Below, one piece after another: positions 39,481 through 52,127 of a stretch of DNA of 64,000 bases. Position numbers and translations under genes: made by a program. How positions within the stretch are numbered: position 1 is the stretch's first letter; each line of letters begins with the position of its first letter. Below the pieces are notes generated by a model that was not told where the DNA came from, made no database searches, and saw only the letters and a list, made by a program, of their open reading frames with translations. This DNA is from Sphyrna mokarran (Eukaryota), in NCBI GenBank assembly GCA_024679065.1, contig JAGIQG010000012.1, forward strand, positions 48,856,001 to 48,920,000, written 5' to 3'.

Positions 39481-41349
39481 CAGTCTTGAGTCTACTGAAA
39501 ATACAAATCCCTGGGAAAAATACTGATCAACAGCATTGGCTCTCTGATCTATGCTGACAATTTCACCATGTTTATTTATGCAAGATAAAGAAGTTTCAAG
39601 TACCTATGGTTTCTGTCACGGATAACTTAAAGAATCTGGATGAATGATACTTTATTGGCCTGTGATAAAAATGAGTTTTTTTTAATAAAGTGAGAAAAAA
39701 TCAATAAACACATTTTTTAAGTGTGTTTTATATATCTTGTCACTGTAGGGCTCATTGATTCTATAGTTGGTGAATAAGCATTCAAGTGCCATAGCGTGAC
39801 ATGGGGTGTATGAGGGCCATCACTGGTTAGAAGGCATACTCTTGAATGGGAGGAATGAGGAGTCACACAGGTAATTTGAGGTTACATTGCATAATAAGGG
39901 GATAAGAGAGGCTAAAGATGGTGGGTAATGGACATTCTTTGGCATTAAGGCATGTGGGGCCATAGGAGTTGTTTCAGGAATGTAGCTTGGCATGGGGAAG
40001 AGGGTCCATAGGAGATGCTGGAGGTATACTGTGACATGGGGGCATAAGGAGGATCTCTTGAACTTATCTTTCAAAAGGTTCCCTCAGACAGATATTGTTC
40101 ATGGTACCTCTGAAATGTGCCATTTACTGGCAGTGGGTTTTTCTCATCCTGTCACTATCAATGGGATTTCCCATTGATTGTACCCCATGCTATCCGGAAA
40201 CTCACAGAGTGAGTGTGCCATCGCCGGGACCAAATGATCAGTTGAAGAATTCTGGCCACCGAAAATTGTACATGACTAGGAGATACCTATCCCCACAATG
40301 GAATCAGCCAGGTTGGGAGTGCAAGTGCAGGTTCAAGACCTGAACTAATCCAGATCCTTAAAAGGCACTCTGAAAATTGAAAATCCCAGGAATAGGTTAG
40401 GGAACCCCAGAATTGGGACCAGCCTGCCATTTTTAAAAGGCTCCCAAGTCAATCTGACTGTGAAAATCAACATAATTATACTGCAAAGGCCTTATAGAAA
40501 TCGTGTTACAATAAAAGGTTAAACGTATGAGGCAGGGCAATATGGAACTCATGCTGGTGGCATTGTTTCATTCAAGTGACACATTTATCAGGAAAACAAG
40601 GTCAATTAAGATTTGACTATCCATATAAATGGTTTAAAATATTCCTTGTCCAATACACAATCAGGTACCTCTGCTTCTGCATTCATTTGAGTCCCACATA
40701 ACGAGCACCTGACATTTGATCAAACCTTTGTATAGTTAGGAGTCCTTAGTTAAAATTCAGTCCAAGCTCAACAAGCCTTTATGAATGATTGCTGAAAGAT
40801 AATTTCTAGAATTAGCAGGTGGGTAACAATGTGACACCAGAATACGAGCATACATATTTAGTAAATATTACCTAAGCACTGTAATTCTTATGATGCTTGC
40901 CTTAATCAATGAGAAGGTCACTAATGTGTCACGTTATGGCATATGTGTTGCTATTAAATTCTATAGCAATAATTCCCTATTATATCCTGGCTATTATGAC
41001 AATCTGTTCATGTTTAACTGATTGGAATATAATGTGGTTCGTCCATATAATTCAAGATCAACATATTATATGACTTGTTAATTAGGCATCATTAGTAACA
41101 GCACAATAAGGGGTAATTTATCACTTTGAACATATTCAATTCCTTCATGAGAAGTCATTTTTTAATCATTTGTTTGCACAACTTTTGATTCAGGACCATT
41201 ACACCAAATTATGGAAGAATTTGGTCTTTCTCTTCTACTATATACATTGGCCCAGAATTTGCTGAAAAATAGAATTCAACTGCATTCTCAATCTTTATGT
41301 TTCTTTTCCAATCCTTAAATCTGATTCATTAAGGAGATACATGATTTGT

Positions 41350-41712
41350 TTCACTGATGGTTTAGAGGGTATATCACTGGACTAGTAATCCAGAGGCCCA
41401 GGTTAATATTCTGGACAAGCATTTAAATATCACCATGGCAACTGGTAGAATTTGAATTCAGGTAAAAATCTGGGATTGAAAAGCTAATGACCGCGAAATC
41501 ATTTTCTGATTGCTTGAGAAATCCATCTGGTTCACTAATGTTCCTTTCAGAAGGACATGTGCCATCTTTACCTGGTCTGGCCTACATGTGGTTACAAATC
41601 CACAGCAACTGTTCTCTCAATGGTGCGGCAAGCCATTCGGTTCAGGACAATTATGAGGCAACAAATGTTGGCCTTGCCAGTGACATCCACGTTTCATGAA
41701 ATCATTTTTTAA
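41350..41712 (+). mobile_element. SacSINE1/Deu-type SINE, near complete
   Basis: tcactggactagtaatccagaggcccagg head, ccatctggttcactaatgttccttt core, aaatgttggccttgccagtgac tail. Confidence 0.75.
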
Positions 41713-43899
41713 AAGTTCATCAAGGCCCCAGATATCCTCGTGTTCTTGCCCTGTTGTTATCAGTTTGTAATTCCAGCCAATTCAAGAGCAAAAGTTTTTG
41801 ATGTGCAGGAGTAAGCCGAACTAACAGAACATATTACAAACTGCCTGCTCTAGAAAATTCCAGGCCTACGTGAAACCAATCGCCCATTGTTATCAGATGG
41901 CATCATTGGGTGCATCGAAATTAACCTAAATGTTTTTAATAAGTGATATTTAATTTGACCCAGTTTACACAGGCTCTTTCATAGTTGTTCGATACTCTGA
42001 GTGTTCAACAGCTCAGGCACACTATCCTTGACTGTAGCTCACTCCACTCCCTTCAATGGATTTTTTGAGTTAACTCCAGAATCAGAATTTGATAGTCTTT
42101 CTGCTGCAGTGCTGCTGCCAGCAGCCTCAGTTCGACACCTGTGAATTAAAGTGTATGAAGAGCCTCCAGAGACACCAAAATACATCCAAACACATTTATT
42201 TTTCTCTCTCTGGATACCTCCGGACATAGTGGCGTTCTTAAGTATAAACGTTACCTTTATCAACGGAGGCTGACAATTTTCTGGCTTTCGTCCTGATTTA
42301 CGATTCACTCAATTCCTGATTAAATTGGATTTTCAGCCAAAAATGGATTTCAACACATTGCGATTTTTTTCTCTCTATGATTGAGCAGAGTTAGGTGATA
42401 CAGAGTGGCAAAAATATAATCAAAAATCAATTCTCTGCCAAACTTTCAATTTCCTGTCTGGTAGAAATTAAATGGAAATTTACTTTGAGGAGAGTGCTGT
42501 GATACATTTGCATTACACTATTCTTACATGAATGCATTTTGTAATAGCTATGACATGCATAGAAGACTGAAAAGTATAAATAAAATGTTAATTGTGGTGC
42601 TGACTTATTTTCGAGTCTCTCTACTGTGATTTTTACTCATCTGGTTAAAGCATCACTGTGTTCAATTACTCAGGTGACATGAGTTATCAGAGCACATTTT
42701 TTGTGAAGAAATAAAGATGGACGATGTTGCGTTCATAATTTAAGTGAGAACATTGATAAGATGAAGACTTTGCACAAGAACTAAGTAACTGTGAACAGCA
42801 GTCCAGGTGGTCTAAATAAATTAGCACTGAAAGCTTTGAGCAGATAATTTAAGAACAGAAAACAGCAGCAACACAGTAATTAAAATAGAAAGAGTAATGT
42901 AATGAAAGCAGTGATTTGTACCACCTGGATTAACTTGTTTAAAATGAATAAATTTAGCTGGTTCCCTGTGGTGCAGCTCAAGCAATTTTAAATCTGAAGC
43001 ATGGTTATGATATTTATTTGCTAAATTGGTTTGTTTCGTGAAGACAAGTCCTGTCTTCTGGCTAGAAGTGGAAGAAGGTGCATCCAGATTAAGGCAACAG
43101 TTTGCATCTTTCCTTGACTAACTGGAGAATAATTGCACTTTCTCACTCTAGTTCAAGGGAATCACTCATGAATTTTCCTTTCCAATAATCTGGATTTTAT
43201 GGTCAGGTTATAGCCATGCTGGGGAAGGATGGTTGTTTTCCAGCTTATCAGACAATGAGATTACAGAAACATTTTGTTTCACAGGACTCGGATAAAGTCA
43301 TGAATGGGGGGGGGGGGGATGCAGGAGATTGCTAAATAAATGTGTGCAACAAGATGCCGGATCCATTGAGTGGCCTGTCAGCTTCCTGTCACTGTCAAAG
43401 AGCACAGAAGAATATCATAAAATATCATAGAATATACTCAGAGGCACTGGCACAGAGCTTACTCTCTCCGCAGAAATGGACCAACTATTATCTTCACTGG
43501 TAGTTTCCCACATGGCTTTTTGTGGAGTTTTGTGCAGAGAATTTCTCTGATCCAGCATCTGCAGTTTAGCACCCACTTCTGGGCAGGCCAAGAAGCACCT
43601 TAGTTCTTCAATTGGTGACTAAAAAATTCTCATTGAGATTAAAATTGACATATCCCTGTTTTTTGGACATGGATGCTTTAGTCCAGAGCAGACTGTGTTG
43701 GCATTGTTGGAGACTGGCAGTCCCTAAATTTCATGCTTCCACTTTCTTAGCCATTTGTAGCTTGGACCATGCATCTCCTTCACAGCTGGATGCCTCTTCG
43801 CACTGCTGGTCACTTCTACACCCAATAAAGGGCTGACCAGCTGATATGCTGATAGTACATTGTGCTGCCAGCCTAACCTGTTTAAAAACAGCTTGACTT

Positions 43900-45500
43900 C
43901 ATAAAGGGAAATAACTTGGAATAGAATTAATGCAATTTAAAATAAAAGAAAGGAATATCAGGGCAAAGAGAATGTTCCAGATAGACAGATGTGACACGGG
44001 AAGCTTTGTGATGGAGGTGTACAGAAGGAGAGATGCCATGTTTCCATGGAATTTTGTGAGACTTTCAAGGTTCACCTTCAGAAAGGATTGTGTGAAGGTG
44101 ACAACAAAGGTCAATTTCCGGGCCCGAGAAATTGGCAGCAGTGACATAATAAATGTAATAACTTCATATGGGTAGCCAAAGTCAGTAAATGCATTTTCAT
44201 GCCCATCCATCTTATTACCAATCTCACATGCTGTTCAATGCACCTTTCCCCCTCCACTCACCCAGCATCACTAGCACTCAGGACTTGTGTCTAACATCTA
44301 GATTGTCACATCATCCTCACACTTCAGAATTCTGTAGCATTGCACTCACCTCTCATTTTCACATACTCCCACTATTAAGATGTGGAAGGAATATTACCCA
44401 CACACAGTGCTACACAATCCCTGGCATACTATCCTCTCTCTTACAGGAGAAGGCAGCACACAGCAGAATGGAGCAGCATAGAATCAGCTGGGGCCAAGGA
44501 TGCCTGTATAGATACATCCTGAGCCTGAAGGAAATGATGGTTCTCAGCATCATGTAGCTGGCTGGGACAGGGCACGTGATATCTGCCATCAATGAGGAAA
44601 CTGAGGGTGATCATATGTTCCTGTTTTCGGCCCCTTCTTAACTCCCAGCTCACCCCTTACCTGCTGTCTGGCATGAGAAGTAAGTTGCTGATGGGGTGGC
44701 CATGGACCTTGCACTTTACATCCCAAACCCCTTACCACATACCAGTCTTTCCTTTCTAATACCCTGCTCTCACATATCTGAGAACTGTCACTTGCCTAAC
44801 CATAGCAACCTCAGGAAGAAAAGAGAGCGTGACACAAATAAACCGTCACATCTTGATCTCATACTTGATTCTGGCACCTTGAAGACAAGCATAACATTGG
44901 AATCAGTGTGTGGAATGTCATCTGGACATAAGTAGGCTATAGCTATGCCAGAGGAAGGATGGTTTGTTTGCCAGCTTATTGGAGACAGAGGTTGCAGATA
45001 GCTTTTGTTTCACAGCACTCAGCTAACGTCTTGAATGAGTGGGGCATACAAGAGAGTACTAAATTAAATTGGATTTTCAGCCAAAAATGGATTTCAACAC
45101 ATTGTGCTTTTTTCTCTCCATGATTGAGCAGAGTTAGGTGATTCAGAGTGGCAAAAATACAATCAAAAATCAATTCTCTGCCAAACTTTCAATTTCCTGT
45201 CTGGTAGAAATTAGATGGAAATTTACTTTGAAGAGAGTGCTGTGATACATTTGCATTACACTATTCTTACATGAATGCATGTACAACAAGATGCTGGGTC
45301 CATTGGCTGGCCTGTCAGACAGCCTCCTGCAGCTGTCAAAGAGCACAGAGGGATCTAATGCCAGCTTGGCAGAGGAGCTGGTACAGAGTTTGCCCTCTCC
45401 ACAGCCTGTGCTTTGTCAGGCGCAGATTCAGACACACTGCCATTGCTGCCTTCATACTTGTTGCAATATTTATGTGAATTGGTCACCTGATCTTCCACCT
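43900..45500 (+). mobile_element. PIF/Harbinger Myb/SANT ORF remnant with introns
   Basis: Exon 1 RAKRMFQ..FVMEVYRRRDAMFP..KVTTKVN ending near a gtcagt donor (about 44181); acceptor ctctcttacag before EKAAHSRMEQHRISWGQ..ILSLKEMMVLSI; exon 3 runs to MYNKMLGPLAGLSDSLLQLSKS. Confidence 0.7.
45063..45280 (+). repeat. Direct copy of 42319-42537
   Basis: Manual alignment: 7 substitutions and 1 indel over 219 bp. Confidence 0.95.
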
Positions 45501-45544
45501 TCCAAGTGAGGATGCAGTAGCACTCCTTTGATCACTGCTGGGGT

Positions 45545-46030
45545 GTCAGCTACATACTTGACATAGGTAAGGAGACCAAGAGTAATGTATCTTGGTTTGC
45601 TAATGATACAAATCTGGGTGGGAATGTGAAGGGAACATGTAGAGGGTGCGAAGAAACATAGGCAGGCTAAGACATTGGACAAAAATATGGCAGATGGTAG
45701 ATAATGTGGAGAAGTGTAAGATGATTCATTTTGATCATGAAAATAGAAAAAAAGAATATTTCAGCTCACCAACTTTGCAGAGTCTGCATGTTCTCCTCAT
45801 TTCTATATGGCTTTCCTTACTTTTCCTCCCACAGATGGAGGATGTGCTGGATATGTACATTGGCCATGCTAAATTCTCCCTCAGTGTACCCAAACAAGCA
45901 CCAGAGTGTAACAACTAGGAGGATTTTCACAGTAACTTCATTACAGCGTGATTGTAAGCCAACTTGGGACACTAATAAATAAACTAAAACATGGTTAAAT
46001 GTGTATAAAGAACACAAAATGTTAGCATGC
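45545..46030 (+). mobile_element. CR1 RT fragment containing an HE1 SINE (45760-45986)
   Basis: FANDT..WTKIWQMVDNVEKCKMIHF, then the SINE core and ttttcacagtaacttcatt tail. Confidence 0.7.
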
Positions 46031-46037
46031 AGGTACC

Positions 46038-47470
46038 TAAGAACATAAGAACTAGGAGAAGGAATAGGCAATTCAGACCCTCAGGATCATTCCACCATTC
46101 AATACGATCATGGCTGATCTAGGCCTCATCTCCGCCTTCCTGCTATACTCCATAATCCTTCATCTCGCTACTCATTAAAAACTGATTTGTGATGATTGTC
46201 CCTTTAGGGGAAACACAGCAGAGTACGGCTGGAATATTACCACCCCGCCTGCCATGGAAATCAGAGCGTATGAGAGGTGGACAATGGGAAGGTCCGTTGA
46301 CCTTGAGCGGGATTTTATGGTTTCAGGATAAGCGAGGCTGTGTTTCTGATGAAGTCTGTGAAAGCACATCATTATACCATCTACCTCCTCATATTTTTGC
46401 TGGCATCTTCTGAATCTGGAGTAGAGAATTCCACAGATCCACAACCCTTTGAATGAAGCTATTGCTTCTCATTTCTATTTAAAAATTGCCACCCCTTAGG
46501 CTAAAACTATGGCATCCCATTCTAGAATGTCTAAGATGGGGAAACATCCACTTAATGTCTAATCTGTCAATCCCTTTAGCATATTATATACCTCAATTAG
46601 ATCTCCTGTCATTCTTCTAAACTCTAGAGGGTACAATCCTAAACTGCTCAATTACTTTTCAGAAGACAAATCCTTCATCTCTGGAATTAATCTAGTGAAC
46701 CTTCTCTGAACTGCTTCTAATTCTTTTCTGTCCTCCCTCAAGTAAGGGGATCAAAATTGTGCACTGTACTCCAGATGCAGTTTCACAATGCCCTACACAG
46801 TTGCAACAACTTCCCTATTTTTACTGTCTATCGCATTAGCAATGGATTCCAGACTTAATCTCCCTTATTACCTGCTGCACCTGCATAATAACTTTCTGTG
46901 ATTCATGCACAAGGACATCCAGATACCTCTGCATTGAAATATTGTGAACTTTCTCTTCATTTAGATATTAAGTTGCTCTTTTATTCCTCTGACCAAAATG
47001 GATAACCTCACATTTATCCATGTTAAATTCCATCTGCCAAATCTTGGCCTGTTCACCAAACCTATCCATATCCATTTGTAAATTTTTAATTTCCTCACTG
47101 CAACTTACTTTCCCACTTATGTTAGCATCATCCAGAGATTTGGGTACTGTACATCCTAGCCCTGCAGCCTAATGATCAATATAGATTTAAATAGTTGGGT
47201 CTGAGGGCCAAACTCTGAGGCACACTGTTAGTTACTGCTTGCCAACCAAAAAAAGACCCATTTATCCCCACATTTCTGTTCATTAGCTAATTCACTATCC
47301 AACCTAATATATCACCTCCAAAACCCATGTGATCTTGTATTATATAAATAACCTTCTGTGCAGCACTTTATCAAATGCCTTCTGGAAGTCCAAATAAACT
47401 ATATTTGGAGGACGTCTATTATCCATTGTGTTTGTTACAGCTTTAAAAACTCTAGCAAATTAGTCAAACT
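46038..47470 (-). mobile_element. CR1 RT and 3' UTR, with a small insert near 46190-46370
   Basis: Tail taagaacataagaac; minus translation includes DFQKAFDKV and WQMEFNMDKCEVIHFG. Confidence 0.85.
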
Positions 47471-47587
47471 GTTAGGAAAATAAATGGCATTTTGTCATCT
47501 AGAATATGGGGGACACAGTCTCAGTATAACTGGGCTGATCATTTAGAACTGAGATAAGGAGAACTAAATAAGTGGGGGCAGTAGTGT

Positions 47588-47905
47588 ATGGGAGGCAGTG
47601 ATGTAGTGATATTATTACTGGAATGGTGATCTAGAAATCCAGAGCAAGATCTGGAGACAGATTCATCAATAAATCAATAAAAATCTGGAATTAAAATTCG
47701 AATGATGACAATGAAATCATTGTTGATTATTGTAAAGACCTGCTGGTTCACAAATGTTCTTTAGCAAAGGAAATTTGCCTTTTTTGTCTGGTTTAGCCTA
47801 CTTGTGACTCCATATCCACAACAATGTGGTTGATTCTCAAATGTCCTACGAAATGGCAATAAATGCTGGATATGCCCATACCACATAAATGAATTTTAAA
47901 AAATT
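47588..47905 (+). mobile_element. SacSINE1/Deu-type SINE inside a CR1 3' fragment (47490-48135)
   Basis: ggaggcagtgatgtagtg head, ctggttcacaaatgttcttt core, ggcaataaatgctgg tail. Confidence 0.7.
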
Positions 47906-50099
47906 CTTACTTAGATGCTTTTGAATCTTTGGAATGCTTTGGATGCTCTGTACTCTGTGGATACTCTGCCATTGAATATATTTAAGGCTTGGATAGACAG
48001 GTTTTTCGTCATTCAGGGAATAAAGAGAAATGGGATGAATGGGAGAATGACATTGAGCAAAAGATTTGGCTTTGATTGCATTGAATGGTGGAGTTAATCT
48101 GAAGAACCAAATGGTTTACTCCTGCTCCTGTTTCTGACGATCTCATGCTCAGACACTCACCACAACACCTTATGAAATATTCCAGAATAGTTCTAGAAAT
48201 TTTTCCATAGTCTTCCAAAATTATATTACTCGCAATTAAAGTCCCTGGCTGTTAAGTAAGCCGCATACAGAGCCCATCTTGCAGATTGCAGTGTGACACA
48301 CAAATTCATGGCCTGGTCCTGTACAGCGCAGGCATTGCACTAGTTGAGAGTGCTATGTTAGGTCAACTCTTGCATGTGCTGATGCACACACCACTTACAC
48401 TTATAAGAAGGCACACTCCATAAAAACAGAACTACGGGGATCAAATTCACATCCACAGAGCTGAAACCAATAAGGATGAAATAGAAATGTACAGAAAGTG
48501 AAATAAAAATTGGGAAAGGCGAAGAAATTTAAAATATAGAAATAAAAGATGGAGAAAAAGTGACACAAATTATCTTAATTTTTATATTTTTAAAATGTTC
48601 AGCTGAAATTAAATAAAAGAAAGAACCTTCATACTTAACAAATTAATTTTCCAGCATCAGAAAAATTTTTGGCATCACTTATCATGCCAAGCTATGTTCT
48701 ATTGGATTGAATTTGGCATCATATTTGGACAAGATTGTGGGTCGAAGAGCTTGTTCCTGCACTGTACTGTTCTATGTAAAGATCATTTTCTCTTTAGTAC
48801 ATTTCTGCCATCCTTAGTGAATACCAACTGGGGAAGAACCCCAACTTCAGGCCACTGCATTGATTTCAGTACTGAACCTATGGGTGAGGAGTGTTGGAGC
48901 AGAACTTATGGGAGGAACAGATTACCTCCAACAGCAGCTGCTGGATTTCCAGTTGATTCGTGCATGACCTGGTAACGTTTGTTCTATTTTAATGGTGAGC
49001 CCCTCATTGTTATTACCCCACAAATCCTTTATTTCCCCTATTGTGTTGCACTTGAGACAAAATTGAATAATTTACCGTATAATCAAGACTTGACGAACTC
49101 AAAACTTTACAAATTTATATCTATCCTGTGTGGTCCTGAACACTTCAATGGAGGAAATGATTTATTTTGCATTACCTTGCGAATTAGGTTTTTTTTTAGA
49201 AAGGGGAGAAAGGTCTAAGAACATACAAATAGATGAAGATTTATTTTGAGGACTACAGATAATGAAATAATGACCCTGTTTTGAACATTACGATGTTGTT
49301 AAACAAGTGCACAGAGAATACTTTCCCCGTCTGATGGTTGTGCTGCTCTCTCGTGATGTGTATGTATTTTTACATATAGATATGAATACATATGAACTAA
49401 ACTTGGTCACATTAATTTGTGGAACCAGTGTCACAACTGGAGGATTATCATTATGTTTTATCAATTTCTGTTGGGGCTCATTAATCTGCGTTACTGGCTG
49501 GGTAATATGCTGCTATACCTCGATGTGTTTTGCGAACAAGTTAAAATATAATCAGAGAATTCAGTTAGGGGCAAGTTACAAGCATAATTTATGACAAATT
49601 TGTAAATTGAAAAACTAGGCTCAGCTGTGCTATGTTCATAATCAGGTCAGGCAGCTCAATGGTGCCATGATAATTAATGGAGCTCTTTGCTTTATTTGTG
49701 TGGTTGCTATGTGGCAGAAAAGTTTATGATCATTTTTTTTTTCTAAACTCAAGCTTCAGAAAAAATTAGTGAAGTGTTTTGCCTTAAGGCTTTGTAAGGT
49801 ACTGCAAATGTGATGCTCTCTTGAGTCCTTTAAGGGATATATATTCCTGGGAACAGAAGCTGGGATTCACCGCTCTGGGCCTGTGGCAGGGGTGTGATAC
49901 CAGACAGACTTCTGCTGCAGAGCCTGGTGGGAAAACCTACCTAATTGCACGATGCTGCACAGTTTAGTTATGCTGCTGGAGGTTTCTTGGTGAATCACAG
50001 GCAGCAAGTAAGAATCTCCACCACCATATCCGGCTGCCATATTTGAAAGGCACTTGGATAACTACTCATTCATCGTGTTTTGGGATTTGGACCTTGACA

Positions 50100-51460
50100 T
50101 CGCACATAGATGTCAATAAATGCTGGTCCCAGGGATTAGCAATGCCTTGCCACTCCTTCAAGCTGTGGACGACAGGAGGGCATGTGTCCTTTTCCTGAGT
50201 GATGGGAGAAGGGGACAGGTCCATCTCGTCACACCTGCTTGGGAGGAGGTTCAGTAAAGTTTCACAACACCAATTTTAAATCCAACCAATTTATTTGATA
50301 GTAAATTCGCGAGCTTTTGACACTATGGCCTTCGTCAGGCAAATGCAGTGTTCTGGTCTGCAATAGCACTCATACCAACACAGACAGTCAGAGATTGCTG
50401 ATTAGAATGCGAATCCTTACATCTAACCTGCTATTCAAGTGTTAAAGTGGCTAACAATGTGTGTGAAGGGAATCCTGAGCATTGGTTAGAGAATTGTGTA
50501 TTTTCTCCAGACAGCACAGTAAGTGAGGTTTTTTGCTAACCCAGGCAAGTTACGGGGGTTACAGATAGTGTGTCATGAAGCCAAGATCCCTATTAAGACC
50601 AACCTCATGTGTGCGGAACTTGGCTATCAGTCTCTGCTCAGTGACTCTGCGCTGTCGTGTGTCCCGAAGGCCTCCTTGAAGAACATTTACCCACAGGTCG
50701 GAGGCCAAATGCCCATGACTGCTGAAGTGTTCACCCACAGGAAGGGAACTGTTTTGCCTGGTGATTGTTAAGCGATGCTCATTCATCTGCTGTCGTAGTG
50801 TCTGCATGGTCTCCCCAATGTACCATGCTTCGGGACATCCTTTCTTGCAACGTATTGAAGGTTGCCAGAGCGGTGAGTGCCAATTCAACTCACAGGAGGA
50901 CTGCCCTGCAATACAGGAGAGGAACAAATCACCTCATCCACTCTCCAGACTCACCTCATGGAATGAGAACTGGGAATGGCAAGGCCACCATCTGTGCTGT
51001 CCATGCTTAGAGGAACTTCGTAAGGTGCAGGATGATGCCTCATAGCCCTATTGCTCCACATGGTCTGCAGTTAGGGAGGCAGCTACAGGCCACAGATCCA
51101 ACTACACAGAAGGCACAAATTTTTTCTGGGACAGGGTGTGTGGCTTGCAGGGAAACCGCAGATGCTGCCCTGGCTGCCACATCCCTGCTATCCTTGTTCA
51201 TCCTGTTGTTGGAACTTGAAAGTACTTTGGGAACTGAATCTTTCATATGGTACACAGTTGCCTATGGGTTGGAGATTGACAGCATGCAAATAAATGCTCA
51301 GAAATCATTATTTTACTTGTGCAAGAGAAGACAGCATACAGGAGGGATGAGAGAGAGAAGATGGAAGGAGAAATACCCGATTGCTGCCCTCCTCATACAT
51401 TATGTAGAGCAGGTTATCGAGCTGGTAGAGGAGGAATTAGCACATGGAGATATTTATCTT
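50100..51460 (+). mobile_element. PIF/Harbinger Myb/SANT remnant interrupted by Penelope
   Basis: LLQAVDDRR..VLF..DGRR..PAWEEV | ARAVSANSTHRRTALQYRRGTNHL resumes after 50860; second exon EKTAYRRDEREKMEG..YVEQVIELV near 51325-51435. Confidence 0.65.
50253..50858 (-). mobile_element. Penelope-like retroelement, GIY-YIG endonuclease C-terminus and terminus
   Basis: IRCKKGCPEAWYIGETMQTLRQQMNEHR..PVGEHFSSHGH..RRVTEQRLIAKFRTHEVGLNRD, uninterrupted to the stop at 50559. Confidence 0.92.
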
Positions 51461-52127
51461 TGCCAGGGTCCTTGTGAACCATGTACAAAAAGTCTCCAAT
51501 GAATGCTATTCCCTTGTCCTCCGCTGCCTTGTCTATAGAAACACCTTCCCCTCATCAGGACAGAACATGAGAGTTCCCCTTCAGTTGGCCAGAGGGCTGA
51601 ATTGCAGCTCCCCCCATCTGATTACCTTCCTCTCAACCAGCATCTCCTGAGCTGGACATCAGGGGATTGGGCAATGCCTTAGCAGCTGAATAGTGCATGT
51701 TTCTTTTCAAATTGATTAAAATACTTTCCATGTTCCACCTGTAACCCACACCCCCCCCCCCCCCCCCTTACCATTAACCCCTCACCACCCCCCAAATGTA
51801 AACTTTCTACTCCCAAACATTACCCTTCAAGTGCCCATGCCCCTCCATACCTATAACCCTGCAGTCCATCACTGTCACCATTCACATGTTTTCTGCCCAC
51901 AAGGAATACATACAGATTAACATTTCCATGTCCAGCCTTATCCTGTGAACCGCTAGGATTTACATTGACATTCAAGTACCCACCAACAACTCAAACTGGC
52001 CCTAAACCTGCCACTGATGGTCCTCACCCTACCGCATCCTGCTGTCCCTTTTAATAGTTACTATTTCCACCTTTGCCCCCCAGGATTCTGCAACTGACAC
52101 AAGAAACCCATCCTCTGAACACATACT

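Noticed and set aside
50559-50927. GIY-YIG ORF as a homing endonuclease or host gene
   Set aside because: Penelope-type motifs and terminus; the first ~23 residues come from flanking DNA, so it is a 5'-truncated retroelement.
51032-51502. 156-aa ORF
   Set aside because: Chance read-through across Harbinger intron and exon debris; the homologous part needs a frameshift.
51752-51767. Poly-C run (also poly-G near 43306-43318)
   Set aside because: Simple homopolymers within TE debris; length is unreliable in assemblies.
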